Shown here: one piece after another, positions 1 to 10,424 of the stretch
How positions within the stretch are numbered: position 1 is the stretch's first letter
How the letters are laid out: every line of letters begins with the position of its first letter
The notes under the pieces: generated by a model
Databases searched by the model: none
What the model saw: the letters and a program-made list of their open reading frames with translations, nothing else
What the model was told of the DNA's origin: nothing
Position numbers and translations under genes: made by a program
Assembly: GCA_963734545.1 (NCBI GenBank)
Contig: CAVTHO010000010.1
Location: 32,001-96,000 of the forward strand
Direction: 5' to 3'
Origin: an uncultured Spirochaetota bacterium
GTDB lineage: Bacteria; Spirochaetota; Spirochaetia; SZUA-6; Fen-1364
Length of the DNA stretch: 64,000 bases

Positions 1-590
1 CGACGCGTGCCCAGCCGCTCAAGCCTGGCCTTCACGAGGAACGAACGCAGGTACGCCTCACGCGGCTGGCCTTCGATTCGGATCTCCAGCCGGCACGACA
101 CACGCGGAGCAGCGTGCTGCGGTACCCCGCGGATTTCGCGCGCAGACGCAGGACGGCCGGCGAGACCGCTGGCAGGACCGCGCTCGGTCCGCGCACCGGC
201 GCTTCCCGCTCCGTGCGCGCGCTCAACCGGCTCATGAGGCGCCTCCGTCTCACTGTTGAAACCGGCGCCTCCGTCAGGTGAGCCGACCATCGACTTGCAG
301 GAGGTCCAGTCCTTCGAAGAGGACTTCACCCAGCCGCGATGTCATAGGCCCGCGTGCCGTCCCGCACATCGGCCAGCGACGACTCCAGGCAATGCGCAAG
401 CTTCTGCAGCATGTCAAAGCCGATGAACCCGGCTGAGCCCTTCAGCGTATGGATTGCCCGGAACATACCGTTCAACCGCTCCGGCTGCCCGGGATTCCCA
501 TCGAGGGCCAGGAGGCATTCCTCCCATTCCCTGAGCGAGATCGCTCGCCTCTTCGCTGAAGATCGCCAGGTATTCCGATTTCTTTTCCAT
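1..590 (-). CDS. cheA: Chemotaxis histidine kinase CheA, N-terminal Hpt (P1) part; frameshifted, runs off the window
   Basis: ATG at 590 reads MEKKSEYLAIFSEEASD, then after a frame change LREWEECLLAL...MFRAIHTLKGSAGFIG, the Hpt phospho-His motif. Lies downstream of cheY-cheX. Confidence 0.85.
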
Positions 591-629
591 TTCAGGTTTC
601 TCCCTGTTTCCCTGGTCCCTGTCCGCCGC

Positions 630-1154
630 CTAAGCTTCGGACAGGGCTCCCACGAATGATTCCGTTTCCTGCAGTGTCTCCTGCTCCTCCACCGCAATGC
701 TGATCTCGATGGGGCCATACTGGGTAATCAGTCCCAGTACCAGCGCGGGCTTGGGCACAAGGTGCACGCTCAGGTTGGTGCCCGTGGCAATCGCCGGGGT
801 GGTGATGTTCAGTATCTGGTCGCGCCTCTGGTTCAGCAGCGCGGTGGCATTACCGGTGATCATGTTCGCCACCTCGCCCAGGCAGTCCAGGAACATGATC
901 TTCTTTTCCTGCGGGGACTTGCCTTCCAGCATCTTGTCCACCAGCCGCGCGGCGAGGGCGCCGTCCAGGCTGTAGACGATCTGGCCGGTCAGAAAGCCGT
1001 AGATGCCGATTATGATGGACACCCCGAAGGAGGGCTCCACCTTGGCCTTGTACGACAGGTGCCCCCGGCGGACTTCGATGCCAGTGATCTGGTTGACCAC
1101 CCGCATGGCGGCCTCGACAAACGGATTGACGTGCTTGGCGTTGATCTTTGTCAT
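630..1154 (-). CDS. cheX: CheY-P phosphatase CheX
   Basis: HVNPFVEAA N-terminus, GEVANMITGNA (E-x2-N phosphatase motif), ITTPAIATG; sits between cheY and cheA. Confidence 0.9.
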   Translation of the reverse strand: MTKINAKHVNPFVEAAMRVVNQITGIEVRRGHLSYKAKVEPSFGVSIIIGIYGFLTGQIVYSLDGALAARLVDKMLEGKSPQEKKIMFLDCLGEVANMITGNATALLNQRRDQILNITTPAIATGTNLSVHLVPKPALVLGLITQYGPIEISIAVEEQETLQETESFVGALSEA

Positions 1155-1170
1155 TGTTTTGCCCTTTCGC

Positions 1171-1534
1171 TTACTGCAGCGCCTTGTGCACTGCCGAAAT
1201 AATCCGCTCTTTGGTGAATGGCTTCACCACGAAATCACGCACGCCCAGCGGCGATGGAATCCAGGAGCATCTTCTCCTGGCCAAGCGCGGTGACCATGAC
1301 GATGCGGGCATTGGGATCGGCTGCCAGGATGTCCCGCGCCGCCTCCAGGCCGTCCTTCACCTTCATGGTGATGTCCATCGTGACCAGATCGGGCTTGAGC
1401 TGGGTGTACTTTGTCACCGCCTCGGCCCCGTTCGTCGCTTCCCCCGCGATCTCGAATCCGCCGGGAGTCAGCGTGTCCTTGACGATCGTGCGCATGAAGT
1501 TCGCATCATCGACTACCAAGATTCTCTTTCCCAT
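1171..1534 (-). CDS. cheY: Chemotaxis response regulator CheY (one frameshift near 1240)
   Basis: MGKRILVVDDANFMR...PDLVTMDITM...VMVTALGQ; the C-terminus GVRDFVVKPFTKERIISAVHKALQ* is in another frame and ends at 1171. Confidence 0.88.
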
Positions 1535-1555
1535 TTCTCGTACTCCTTTCAAAGC

Positions 1556-1589
1556 GGCAGGCGGGGGATCCCGGGAGACCCCCCTGCCC
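1556..1589. other. GC-rich intergenic hairpin between the MCP and cheY
   Basis: ggcaggcgggggatccc / gggagacccccctgcc, a near-perfect inverted repeat. Confidence 0.45.
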
Positions 1590-1591
1590 TC

Positions 1592-3648
1592 CTATGCGAT
1601 TTTCTCCACCCGTTCCGGGGTGTCGTTCTCAAGTGACGTCCCGTCCTCCGCAGAGACCCTGAATTGCGCGACGAGCTTCTGCAGCTCCTGCGCCATGCCG
1701 GAGAGCTGCTCCGTGGACGAGGACATCTGCTCCGCTGCGGTCGCCGCCGCCTGCGTCAGCTCGTTCACGTTCTCCACGGCCTTGCAGACCTGCCGTGCGT
1801 TGGTGGTCTGCTCCTCGGTGGCGGCGGAGATGCTCTGGCTCATCTCGTTGACGTTCGCCAGCGCCGCGGCCAGCTCCCGGATCGCGGCCACCTGCTGCTC
1901 CATCGAGTCGGACAGCTCCACGATCATGTCCTTGACCTTCTGCGAGGCGGTCGCGGATCTGCTCCATCGACTCCTGCGACCCCTGGGCCATCTCGACGCC
2001 CCTCTGTGACGTTCTTCACGCTCTCCTTGATCAGGATCTCGATCTCCTTGGTGGAGGTGGCGCTGCGCTCGGCGAGCTTGCTCACCTCGTCGGCCACGAC
2101 CGCGAACCCGCGGCCGTGCTCTCCCGCCCGCGCGGCCTCGATGGAAGCGTTCAGCGCCAGGAGGTTGGTCTGGTCGGCGATGTCGGAGATGACCGTCACG
2201 ATCCCGCCGATCTTCTCCGAGCTCTCGGCAATGAGGTTGATCCCCTGGACCACGTCCGCCGACCGCCTGCGCTCCCTCGTCCGCGTTGTCCACGGACGCT
2301 CCGGCAAGCCCGGAGATCTCGCTCAGGTTGCGGGAGATCTCGTCGATGGACTTCTGCACCTGGGTCATCGAGCCGGTTCCCTGCTCTACGGCGGCGGCCT
2401 GGCTCTGGGCGTGCTCCGCTCACCTGGTCTACGGAGGCCGTCAGCTCCTCGACGGATGCGCTCGTCTCCTCCAGGGTGGAGGCCTGGCTCTGCGCGCCCT
2501 CGGCCAGGGACTGCGAGCTGGCGGACATCTCTTCACTGGACGCGGCCACCTGCTCGGCGCTGTCCTGGATGGTCGCCACGATGGAGCGCAGCCTCGTGGA
2601 GGTCTGGTACAGCGCTGCCGCCAGCACGCCGATCTCGTCGTTCTTGCCGAGCAGCCGCGCGTCCACGTCCTCCCTCAGGTCCCCTTCCGCCAGGTTGGAG
2701 AGGAGGTCGACCATCTTCTGGATCGGATTGGAGATCGAGCGGGCGAACAGCGAGAAGACGAATCCGCCCGCGGCCAAACCCGCCGCCATGATGGCGATGA
2801 TCGAGAGGAGCAGATTCCGGAAGGCCTCCTTGCTCTGGCTGAGCTTCAGTCGTCTCCTCGACAACGGCCGCCACCAGCGGCTCCACCTTGTGGATGGCCT
2901 CCCTCATTCCTCCCTGCAGCCCGTCGTTCTCCGTCAGCCCGATCTGAGCCTGGACCTGGAGGTAGTGCTGCACGGCCGCTCCGTACTTGTCGATGTCCGC
3001 CAGGAGCGCCGAGCGCGTCGGCTCACCCAGTCGTCCTGCCCCCGCGCGCAGTCTTTCCAGCTCGCCGGTGAGCTGCTGAACGTACTGATCGTCCGCGCGA
3101 AGGAGGTAGTCCTTCTCATGACGCCGCACGCTCAGCAGCGATATGGTGAGGGCAGCGTTCCCGGCCGCCGAGAGGCGGCTCTCGATGTCATGGGCCGCGG
3201 TGCGCCAGTCGCCCTCGGCCCCCCAGTCGGCAAACCCCCGCTCCCGATAGGCGGCCACCAGCTTGGCGAATGACTGGTTGTAGCCGTCGACCGCCTCGCG
3301 CAGATCGCCGATCGTCTGCCGGGTAGCGGCCTGGTGAAGCGCGTCGAGCTGGTCGATTGCCTTCCGCATGCCGGCAACCGACTCGGTGTGCTTGGCGAGG
3401 TTGGCGCTCGTTCCCTTCTGGTAGAACTCCGCAGTCCGGATGTCCCGCAGCTGGAAGTCCTTTTCGTTCCGCCGCGCCTGCAGCATCCAGATGGCGATCT
3501 CGTTCGCCAGTGAATGCGCCGTGCTCGCCCTGTCGCTTCTCTGGTAGAAAAAGACCAGGCAGGCGACCCACGTAGCACCGATCAGGACCGTAAGAAACAG
3601 AAAAATCCTCAGAAGCTTGACGAATATCGTCGTGTTCTTCTTTGGCAT
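1592..3648 (-). CDS. Methyl-accepting chemotaxis protein (TM, helical HBM-like periplasmic sensor, TM, HAMP, MA domain); several frameshifts
   Basis: Pieces across ORFs 2533-3669, 2196-2864, 1924-2307 and 1592-2368: [10 protein letters not shown] / VRRHEKDYL sensor motifs, HAMP, and [33 protein letters not shown]. Confidence 0.9.
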
Positions 3649-3680
3649 ATATAGCTCCTTTCTTTCCACGAGGCCTTAAT

Positions 3681-3696
3681 AGCAAGGTGTGTGCCA
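3681..3696 (-). promoter_or_regulatory. sigma54 (-24/-12) promoter for the MCP-cheY-cheX-cheA operon
   Basis: Minus strand reads TGGCACACACCTTGCT, an exact GG-N10-GC, about 30 nt upstream of the MCP start. Confidence 0.85.
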
Positions 3697-3773
3697 ATCG
3701 ACGGATTGTCGTTTAATTTTCTATCAGGTAAAGAATTATTTTTTGATACCGAACCTTGGGGCCGATATGCCGG

Positions 3774-3794
3774 TCCTGCAGTCAGCTTGCAGGA
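3774..3794. promoter_or_regulatory. Inverted repeat, candidate enhancer (UAS) for a sigma54 activator
   Basis: TCCTGCA-gtcagct-TGCAGGA about 80-100 nt upstream of the sigma54 promoter. An AT-rich, IHF-like tract lies between them (3712-3748; minus strand TATCAAAAAATAA). Confidence 0.5.
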
Positions 3795-3935
3795 TTCTCA
3801 TAACTCTTTATGCTGATGTGAATTAAGTCAAATGGCTTGGACAGGCAAAGTGCGTTTTGTTCCAGGGGTTTCGAAAACGAAGAGGGCCGGGCAATCGGCG
3901 CGCCCCCCTTCTGTTCACGGCAGGCGCCGCTTGCC

Positions 3936-5510
3936 CTACGTGTCTGACGCGGCTGCCGAAGGCAGCACGATGCGGAAGAGGGTTCCGCTGCCGGGGGAGC
4001 TTTCGACGTGGATGCGTCCCCCGGCAGCTTCGATGATCATCTGCACCATCGACAGGCCGAGCCCTGTCCCCACGCCTTCCGGCTTGGTGGTGAAAAACGG
4101 CTCGAAAATCCTCGCCCGCGTCTCGCCGTCCATGCCGGTGCCGCTGTCCCGAATCTCGAGGAAGACCTGCCCGGCGCCGCGGGAGAGAGATGGATCATCG
4201 CCCGTCCTTGCGCTGATCGTTATCGTTCCTCCGTCGGGCATCGCGTCCCGCGCGTTCAGGACGAGATTGCGCACCACCTGGTCGAGCTGTGACGCCGCGA
4301 TGTCGACCAGGAAGCTCTCAGGCTCCAGAATGCAAGCACGAGGGACTGACCTTCACGCAGGTGCTGCCGGAGGCTGGACTCCGCCTCGCGCAGAACCGCG
4401 TTCAGCTCGACGCACACATGCGCCTTGTGCGGGGCACTGCCCATTGTGAAGAGCTGATGGACCATCTTGCTGGCCTTGGCAGCGGCAAGCCGGATCTCCT
4501 GGGCGTCCGCCCGTACCGCCTGCGTCACCCCTTCTTCGGAGGCAATCAACTCCGCATAGCCGCTCACGACGGAAAGCGTGTTGTTGAAATCGTGCGCGAG
4601 CCCGGGCGGCGAGACGCCCGACCGTTTCGAGCCTGTGTGCCCGGGCGAGCTCCAGCTCCATCTGCCGGGGTACCGTCACGTCGACGAATCCGCCTTCCGC
4701 GAATCCGTCGTTCGTGGACAATCGGAACGAGCCGACGATCACGAAGCTTCTCCCGCCCGGGGTTCGGCCGCGCAGCTCTTCGTCGCGCAGCTCGCCCTGT
4801 TCCCGAAGCCTGCGGATCGTTTCCGCCTTTCCTTCAGCGTCCAGCAGATCGAAAAAGCACACGTGCTCGGGAACCGCGGAGGAGTCGGACCCCATGAATC
4901 GCAGGAATGCGTCGTTGCAGTAGCGGATCCGGAAGGTGTCCTCGTCCAGCAGCACGTATGGAGTCGGCAAGCTCCCGATCAGCCTGCGGTACTCGCTCCT
5001 CGTCTGCTCCAGCATGTCGATTACGCCAGTGGAGGCCGAGAGCTCAGGCGCCCGGGAACCGGCAGTGATCCGATCGGAAAGCAGGAAATTCCGGATCAGC
5101 CTTCCCTTGGAGCTGCCGGAGGGGCTGGCGAGAGCCTTCCTGACAACGGCGATGAGCCGTTCCCTGTCGATGGGCTTCACGAGGTAGTCGACCACACCTC
5201 CTGCCGTTCCCTCCGCGTAGTCCCTGATCTGGGAAGAGGCGGTCACGACGATCATTCGCGGCCGGTTCAGCAGAGGGACGCTCTGTCGAATGATGTCATG
5301 TCCCGTGACATGAGGCATATTCAGATCGAGGATCACGAGGCTGAACTTCTCCCGTGCCAGCATGGCAGGGACGTTTCTGCTTTCCGCGCACGTGCGCAGA
5401 TTGCTGTAGCCTGCTGATCGAAGGGTGATGCTCATCGAGGTGAGCGCGTTCTCCTCGTCGTCCACGATCAGCAGGGGTTGCTGTGGATATAGTGCACCAG
5501 GAATCATCAT
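3936..5510 (-). CDS. Hybrid REC-PAS-HisKA-HATPase sensor kinase (frameshifted)
   Basis: N-terminal REC (LLIVDDE...ILDLNMP...YLVKP), a PAS-like segment, LETVGRLA..AHDFNN across a frameshift, and HATPase motifs NLVLNARDAM, DSGTGM, FFTTK, GTGLGL. Confidence 0.85.
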
Positions 5511-5521
5511 GACTCGACTAA

Positions 5522-5537
5522 TGCAAGGAATGTGCCA
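5522..5537 (-). promoter_or_regulatory. sigma54 (-24/-12) promoter for the REC-PAS kinase
   Basis: Minus strand reads TGGCACATTCCTTGCA (GG-N10-GC) just upstream of the ATG at 5510, with an AT-rich tract further upstream. Confidence 0.8.
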
Positions 5538-5702
5538 GCTGACTATGCAATCTATTTCCTTATCTGGTAAATATCTAAGAATAGAGCAGGCTTCAACAAG
5601 TGAAGGGGCGAAAGATGCTGATGACGGAGGACATTCTCTCTATCTCTTTGGCATGGAATGAGTTACGTGCGAAATGCGCCGCGGCCGAGAGTGCAAAATG
5701 TC

Positions 5703-7120
5703 CTAGGGTTTCCTGTTGAGCCGGCGGTTCAACGCGGTGCGCGTCAGGCCCAGAAGCCGCGCCGCGGCATCCTGGTTTCCTTTCGAACGGCGGAGGGATT
5801 CCTCGATCAGGAGGTTGCCGGCTTCCCTCAGCGTGGGCAGAGTCTGGCAGGCGCCGAACAGATTCTCCCCTTCCGCCGTGCATGATCCCGCGCCCTTCTC
5901 CGCCGCGCTTACCGCCCTTTCACCCATCGCATTTCGGAAGCTCCCGAGCGACAAGACGCGTGACTGATGACGCACCACCGCGTCGAAAATCAAACCCTCG
6001 AGCTCGCGGATATTGCCGGGAAACGGATAGCTTCGAAGCAGCGGCAGGAGCTCCTTCGGGCACCGTGGGCATGCTCTTGCCGACGGCCTTGGACGCCTTG
6101 TCGAGGAAGTGATCGACCAGGGCGGGAAGGTCGCCCGCTCTCTCCCGCAGCGGCGGTATGCGGATATGGTGGGACCGCAGCCGGTACAGGAGGTCCTTGC
6201 GGAACTTGCCCTCCGCCGTCGCTTGCGCGATATCGAGGTTGGTGGCGAACACGAACCGCGCGGTCGTCGGCCGCGGCCTGTCGGTGCCCAGCGGATAGTA
6301 CTCCCTCTCCTGCAGGAGCCGCAGGAGCTTGATCTGCGATTCGGGGGCAAGGTCCCCGATCTCGTCGAGGAAGAGCGTCCCTTCCTCCGCCTTGGCCACC
6401 ATCCCTTCGCGTGCCGAGTCCGCGCCGGTAAAGGCACCCTTCACGTGCCCGAAGAGGGTGTCCGCGAACAGGGTGTCGTCCAGCCCGGCGACATTCACGG
6501 GAACGAAGCTCCCCGTTCGTCCGGCTCAGCGAGTGGATGGCACGGGCGATCAGCTCCTTGCCGACGCCCGTCTCCCCGGTGATGAGCACGGGAAGCGATG
6601 TCGGGGCGATGGCCTCCGCGTAGCGGAAGATCGCGAGCATCGAGGGGTCCGGCGTGATGATTTCACGAAACGCCTCGGGGTGCGCCGGTCCCGTGGCAAG
6701 GAGACCGTCGCGCAGGGATCCTGACCTCGCGCTCGGTCTCCCACTTCTCGATCGCGTGCCGCACGCTGGTGACCAGGCGCGTGCGGTCGACGGGCTTGGC
6801 AGGTAGTCGAATGCTCCGGCCCGCATGCACCGAACCGCGGTGTCCAGGTCACCGGTTCCCGTGGCCACGATTACCGGGGTCTCGGGCCGTTCCTCCAGGA
6901 TCGTCGGCAGGAGGTCGAGCCCGGAGATCCGGGCAGATTGAGGTCCAGGACGACGGCGGCGAAGGACCCCGCGCGGACCTCGTCGCCAGCCGGCGTCCCC
7001 GTCCGCGCACTCGACGATGTTCGTGATGCCGTCCAGGAGCAGCGCCGCGCGCACGCGAGGCGCGGATCTCCTCCTCGTCGTCCACGATGAGCACGGGGTC
7101 CGCGGGGAGGGGCGGCTCAT
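5703..7120 (-). CDS. NtrC-family sigma54-dependent response regulator (REC-AAA+-HTH_8); frameshifted
   Basis: VLIVDDEE, ITGETGVGKELIARAIH (Walker A), [46 protein letters not shown]. Confidence 0.9.
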
Positions 7121-10100
7121 GGAGCGCTCCCGGACGCGGGAAGCCGCACCGTGACGACGGTCCCTCGTCCACTTCGAGTGAAGCTGCATTGTTCCTCCGT
7201 GATTCTGGACGATGCGGGAGGAGACGGCAGAGGCCGAGCCCCGATCCGCCCTTCTGCCGCTTGGTCGTGAAGAACGGATCGACCACGCGAGACAGGTTCT
7301 CCTGCGGGATTCCGATTCCCTCGTCGGTCACGCTGAGCGTCACCCACTCCCCCTCCGTCTTCGATGGTCGTTGCGATCGTGACCGCCCTTTCCCGTGAAC
7401 GAAAGGGCCTGGCAGGCGTTTGTGACGAGGTTGATCACCACCTGCTCGAGCTGGTGATAGTTCCCCCGCACGGCGGGCAGAGAAGGAGCTCCCGGACTGA
7501 GAAGAAATCCGTCGATTTCTGGATCAGGTTCTGCACGATCATGACTGCCGGACCTGACGACCTTGTTCAGGTCCACGTGCTCGCTCAGGCCGCCCTCGTC
7601 CCCGCGCGCGAAGTCGCGCAGATTGAGGAGGAGCTTCTCGATGCGCTTCGACCCTTCCCCGATGCCCCCCAGGAGCTCATCCACCATGCCCCGCGCCGTC
7701 GTCGTAGGGGATGCCGTGCAGCGTGAGCGCCCCGTCCGTTCGAAGCGAGGTCGTCGAGAACCAGCCGGATGTCGCCCCAGAACTCCGGCGAGGTTCTGGG
7801 AGTTCAGGCGGATGTAGTTGTTGGGATTGTTGATTTCATGAGCGATACCGGAAACCAGGGTGCCGAGCGAGGCGAGCTTCGACGGCCTGGAAGAGCTGCA
7901 GCTCGTGCTCGCGTTCCCGTTCCCGGGCGCTCATCCGCTCCGAGATATCGCGCGACGCGCTCTGGATCTCGATCACGTTCCCGGTCTGCTCGTCCCTGAT
8001 TCCATGGCTGACAGTCTCGAACCAGGTATAGGTGCCGTCCTTGCGGCGGATCCGGTAGCTCACCGTGTAGGAGCTATTCTGCTCCTGAATGGTCGCGTGT
8101 GATCGTGTGACCGCTGCCAGGTCCTCTTCATGGAAGAGATCATACGCGGACCTGCCCACAAGCTCCTCCGGCGCATAGCCGAGCAGCGCCGTGCAGGCGG
8201 GGGACGCATAGAGATATCGCCCGTCCGGTGCGTGGCGGGAGATCATGTCAGTCGAGTTTTCCGCCAGGAGCCGGAAGCGCGCTTCGCTGTCGCGGAGCGC
8301 CTCCTCCATCACCTTGCGTTCGGTCATGTCGCGCGTGATTGAGAGGAGGCGCTTCTTGCCGTCGATCTCGATGATTCTCCAGGACACCATGCCATAGCGT
8401 ATGCTCCCGTTCTTCTTGCGAAACGGCACCCACTCGCCGACGGCCTCTCCACGCTGCGTGACCATTTCGAGCAGCCGCGCCCGGTCGTTCAGGGTTGACC
8501 CAGATACCGAGGTCACGCGGGAAGCTGGACCTGGCCCGATGACCTCGTCCCGCTGATACCCGTACACCTCCGTGAAGCCCCGGTTGACCTCGAGAAGGAC
8601 CCCGTCGTCCAGATGGCTGATCGTGATCGAATCAGGGCTGCCGTGAAAGGCCCGGGAGAACTTCTCTTCGGACTGCCGCAGCGCTTCCACCATCCGTCGG
8701 TTCTCGGTCATGTCCCGGGCCAGGCCGACGAGGCGGTGGATGCGTCCGCGCGTATCGCGGATCGGCACCAGCGTTGTATGGAAATAGGATCGTCCGGTGG
8801 GAAGATCGAGCATGCTTTCGAAGCTCATGGGCCGCCCCGCCTCGATGCATTGACGGTTCTGCTCGTTCACGATCTCCACGACATCCCTCGACATGTACTC
8901 GTCGTTGAACTTTCCGGCCGCGAATGATCGGGGAACTCCCAGCATCCTTTCCTGCGCCGGATTGTACTCCATGAGCCGGTAGCGCTGATCCTGCGTCACT
9001 TCGACCATGAAGAGACCGTCCGAGGTATTCTCGAACACCTCGCGGTAGCGCTGCTCGCTTTCCCGCAGGGCTTCCTCCGCGCGGCGGCGTTCGGTCACGT
9101 CGTGCGCCATCCCGAGAATGCGGCGGATCCTCCCCGACTCGTCGCGCAGCGGCACGAGTGTCGTCTGAAAGGCCATGCTGCCGCCCGGCAGATCGAGCAG
9201 CTCGTCATAGCTGATCGGCGCGCCCGCCTCGATGCAGCGCCGGTAGTTGGCGGTCACCTGAGCGGCTGTTTCAGGAAGCAGGAACTCCTCCATGATCTTC
9301 CCCACGGCCGTCGACGCGGCAATCCCTGTCATCTTCTCCTCGGCAGGATTGAAGCTCACGGCGCGGAAACGCATGTCGGGCGTCACGTCGAGCAGGAATA
9401 TGCCGTCGGATGCCTTTTCGAAGACCTCCCGGTACAACGCCTCACTCGTGCGAAGAGCCGCCCCGGATCGGATGGAGCCGATCACCTCGATGGCAAGAGA
9501 AACGAGGATGCTGCCCAGATCGAGGTCCTGGTCGCTGAACGGAGGGACCTGCTTGTTGTGGAGGGAGACAAGACCGAAATAATCGAGACGCGCATCCGCC
9601 ATGGGCAGGACAAGCAGCGATCCGTTTCGATACCCGTTCCAGCCGTTGCGCGCGTACCCGGGGTCGGCGGCGATGTCTTGGATCAGGACCGGCGCGCAGC
9701 CGGAACGCCTTCTCGAAGACGCACCCGCGCGGCAGCGGGAGGGACAGGTGCCGGGGGGCATGGTCAGGATCGAGCGCGCCGGCCAGCCTGAGCTCCTCCC
9801 CGTCCCGCACGTAGAAGCTCCCGCCGTCCGCTCCCATGATCCGGGCAAACTCCACGAGCAGGTTGTGACAGAATGCATCTTCATCACGCTGGCCGGCGAG
9901 GCGCTTGGCCGATTCCACGAGCCCGCGGAGCCTCTCGTTGAGCTGCGAGAGATCCCTGTTGCCTGCCTCCAGCGCCTGCCGGGCCGCTTCATTTTCCTCC
10001 CGCAGCCTGACCCGCTCGAAGCAACGGTCAAGTGTGGCAAAGAGGTCGTCCGGCTCGACGGGCTTGACGAGGTAGTCATACGCTCCTGCCTTGAGTGCGC

Positions 10101-10389
10101 GGATCGCCGTGTCCGTTCCCGCATAGGCGGTCATGGTGACGCAGAGGGACTGCGGTGCGACCTTCAGCAGTGTCTGTACGAGCTCCACTCCGCTGTCCTT
10201 CCCGAGCCTCACGTCCACCAGAAAGACCTGCGGGGGAACATCCCGGGCCCGGGCCAGCGCGTCACGCGCCGTGGCCGCGGTCGTCACATCGTAGCCTGCG
10301 CCTTCGAGCACATCGACGAGGCTTGCGCAGAAATCCGCGTCGTCGTCGACGATGAATACCCTTCGCTTTTCCCGCTCATTTCTGCTCAT
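7117..10389 (-). CDS. Hybrid sensor kinase REC-GAF-4xPAS-HisKA-HATPase; frameshifted
   Basis: REC (VFIVDDD...LVDVRLG...YLVKP), GAF-like segment, four PAS/PAC units (ESEQRYREVFE, QSEEKFSRAFH, DSEARFRLLAE), AHEINNPN, LEQVVINLVTNACQ, DEGIGI, GGSGLGL. Confidence 0.85.
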
Positions 10390-10424
10390 GCCTTCTCCGC
10401 GGGATCCATCCCGTGCTCCTCTTG

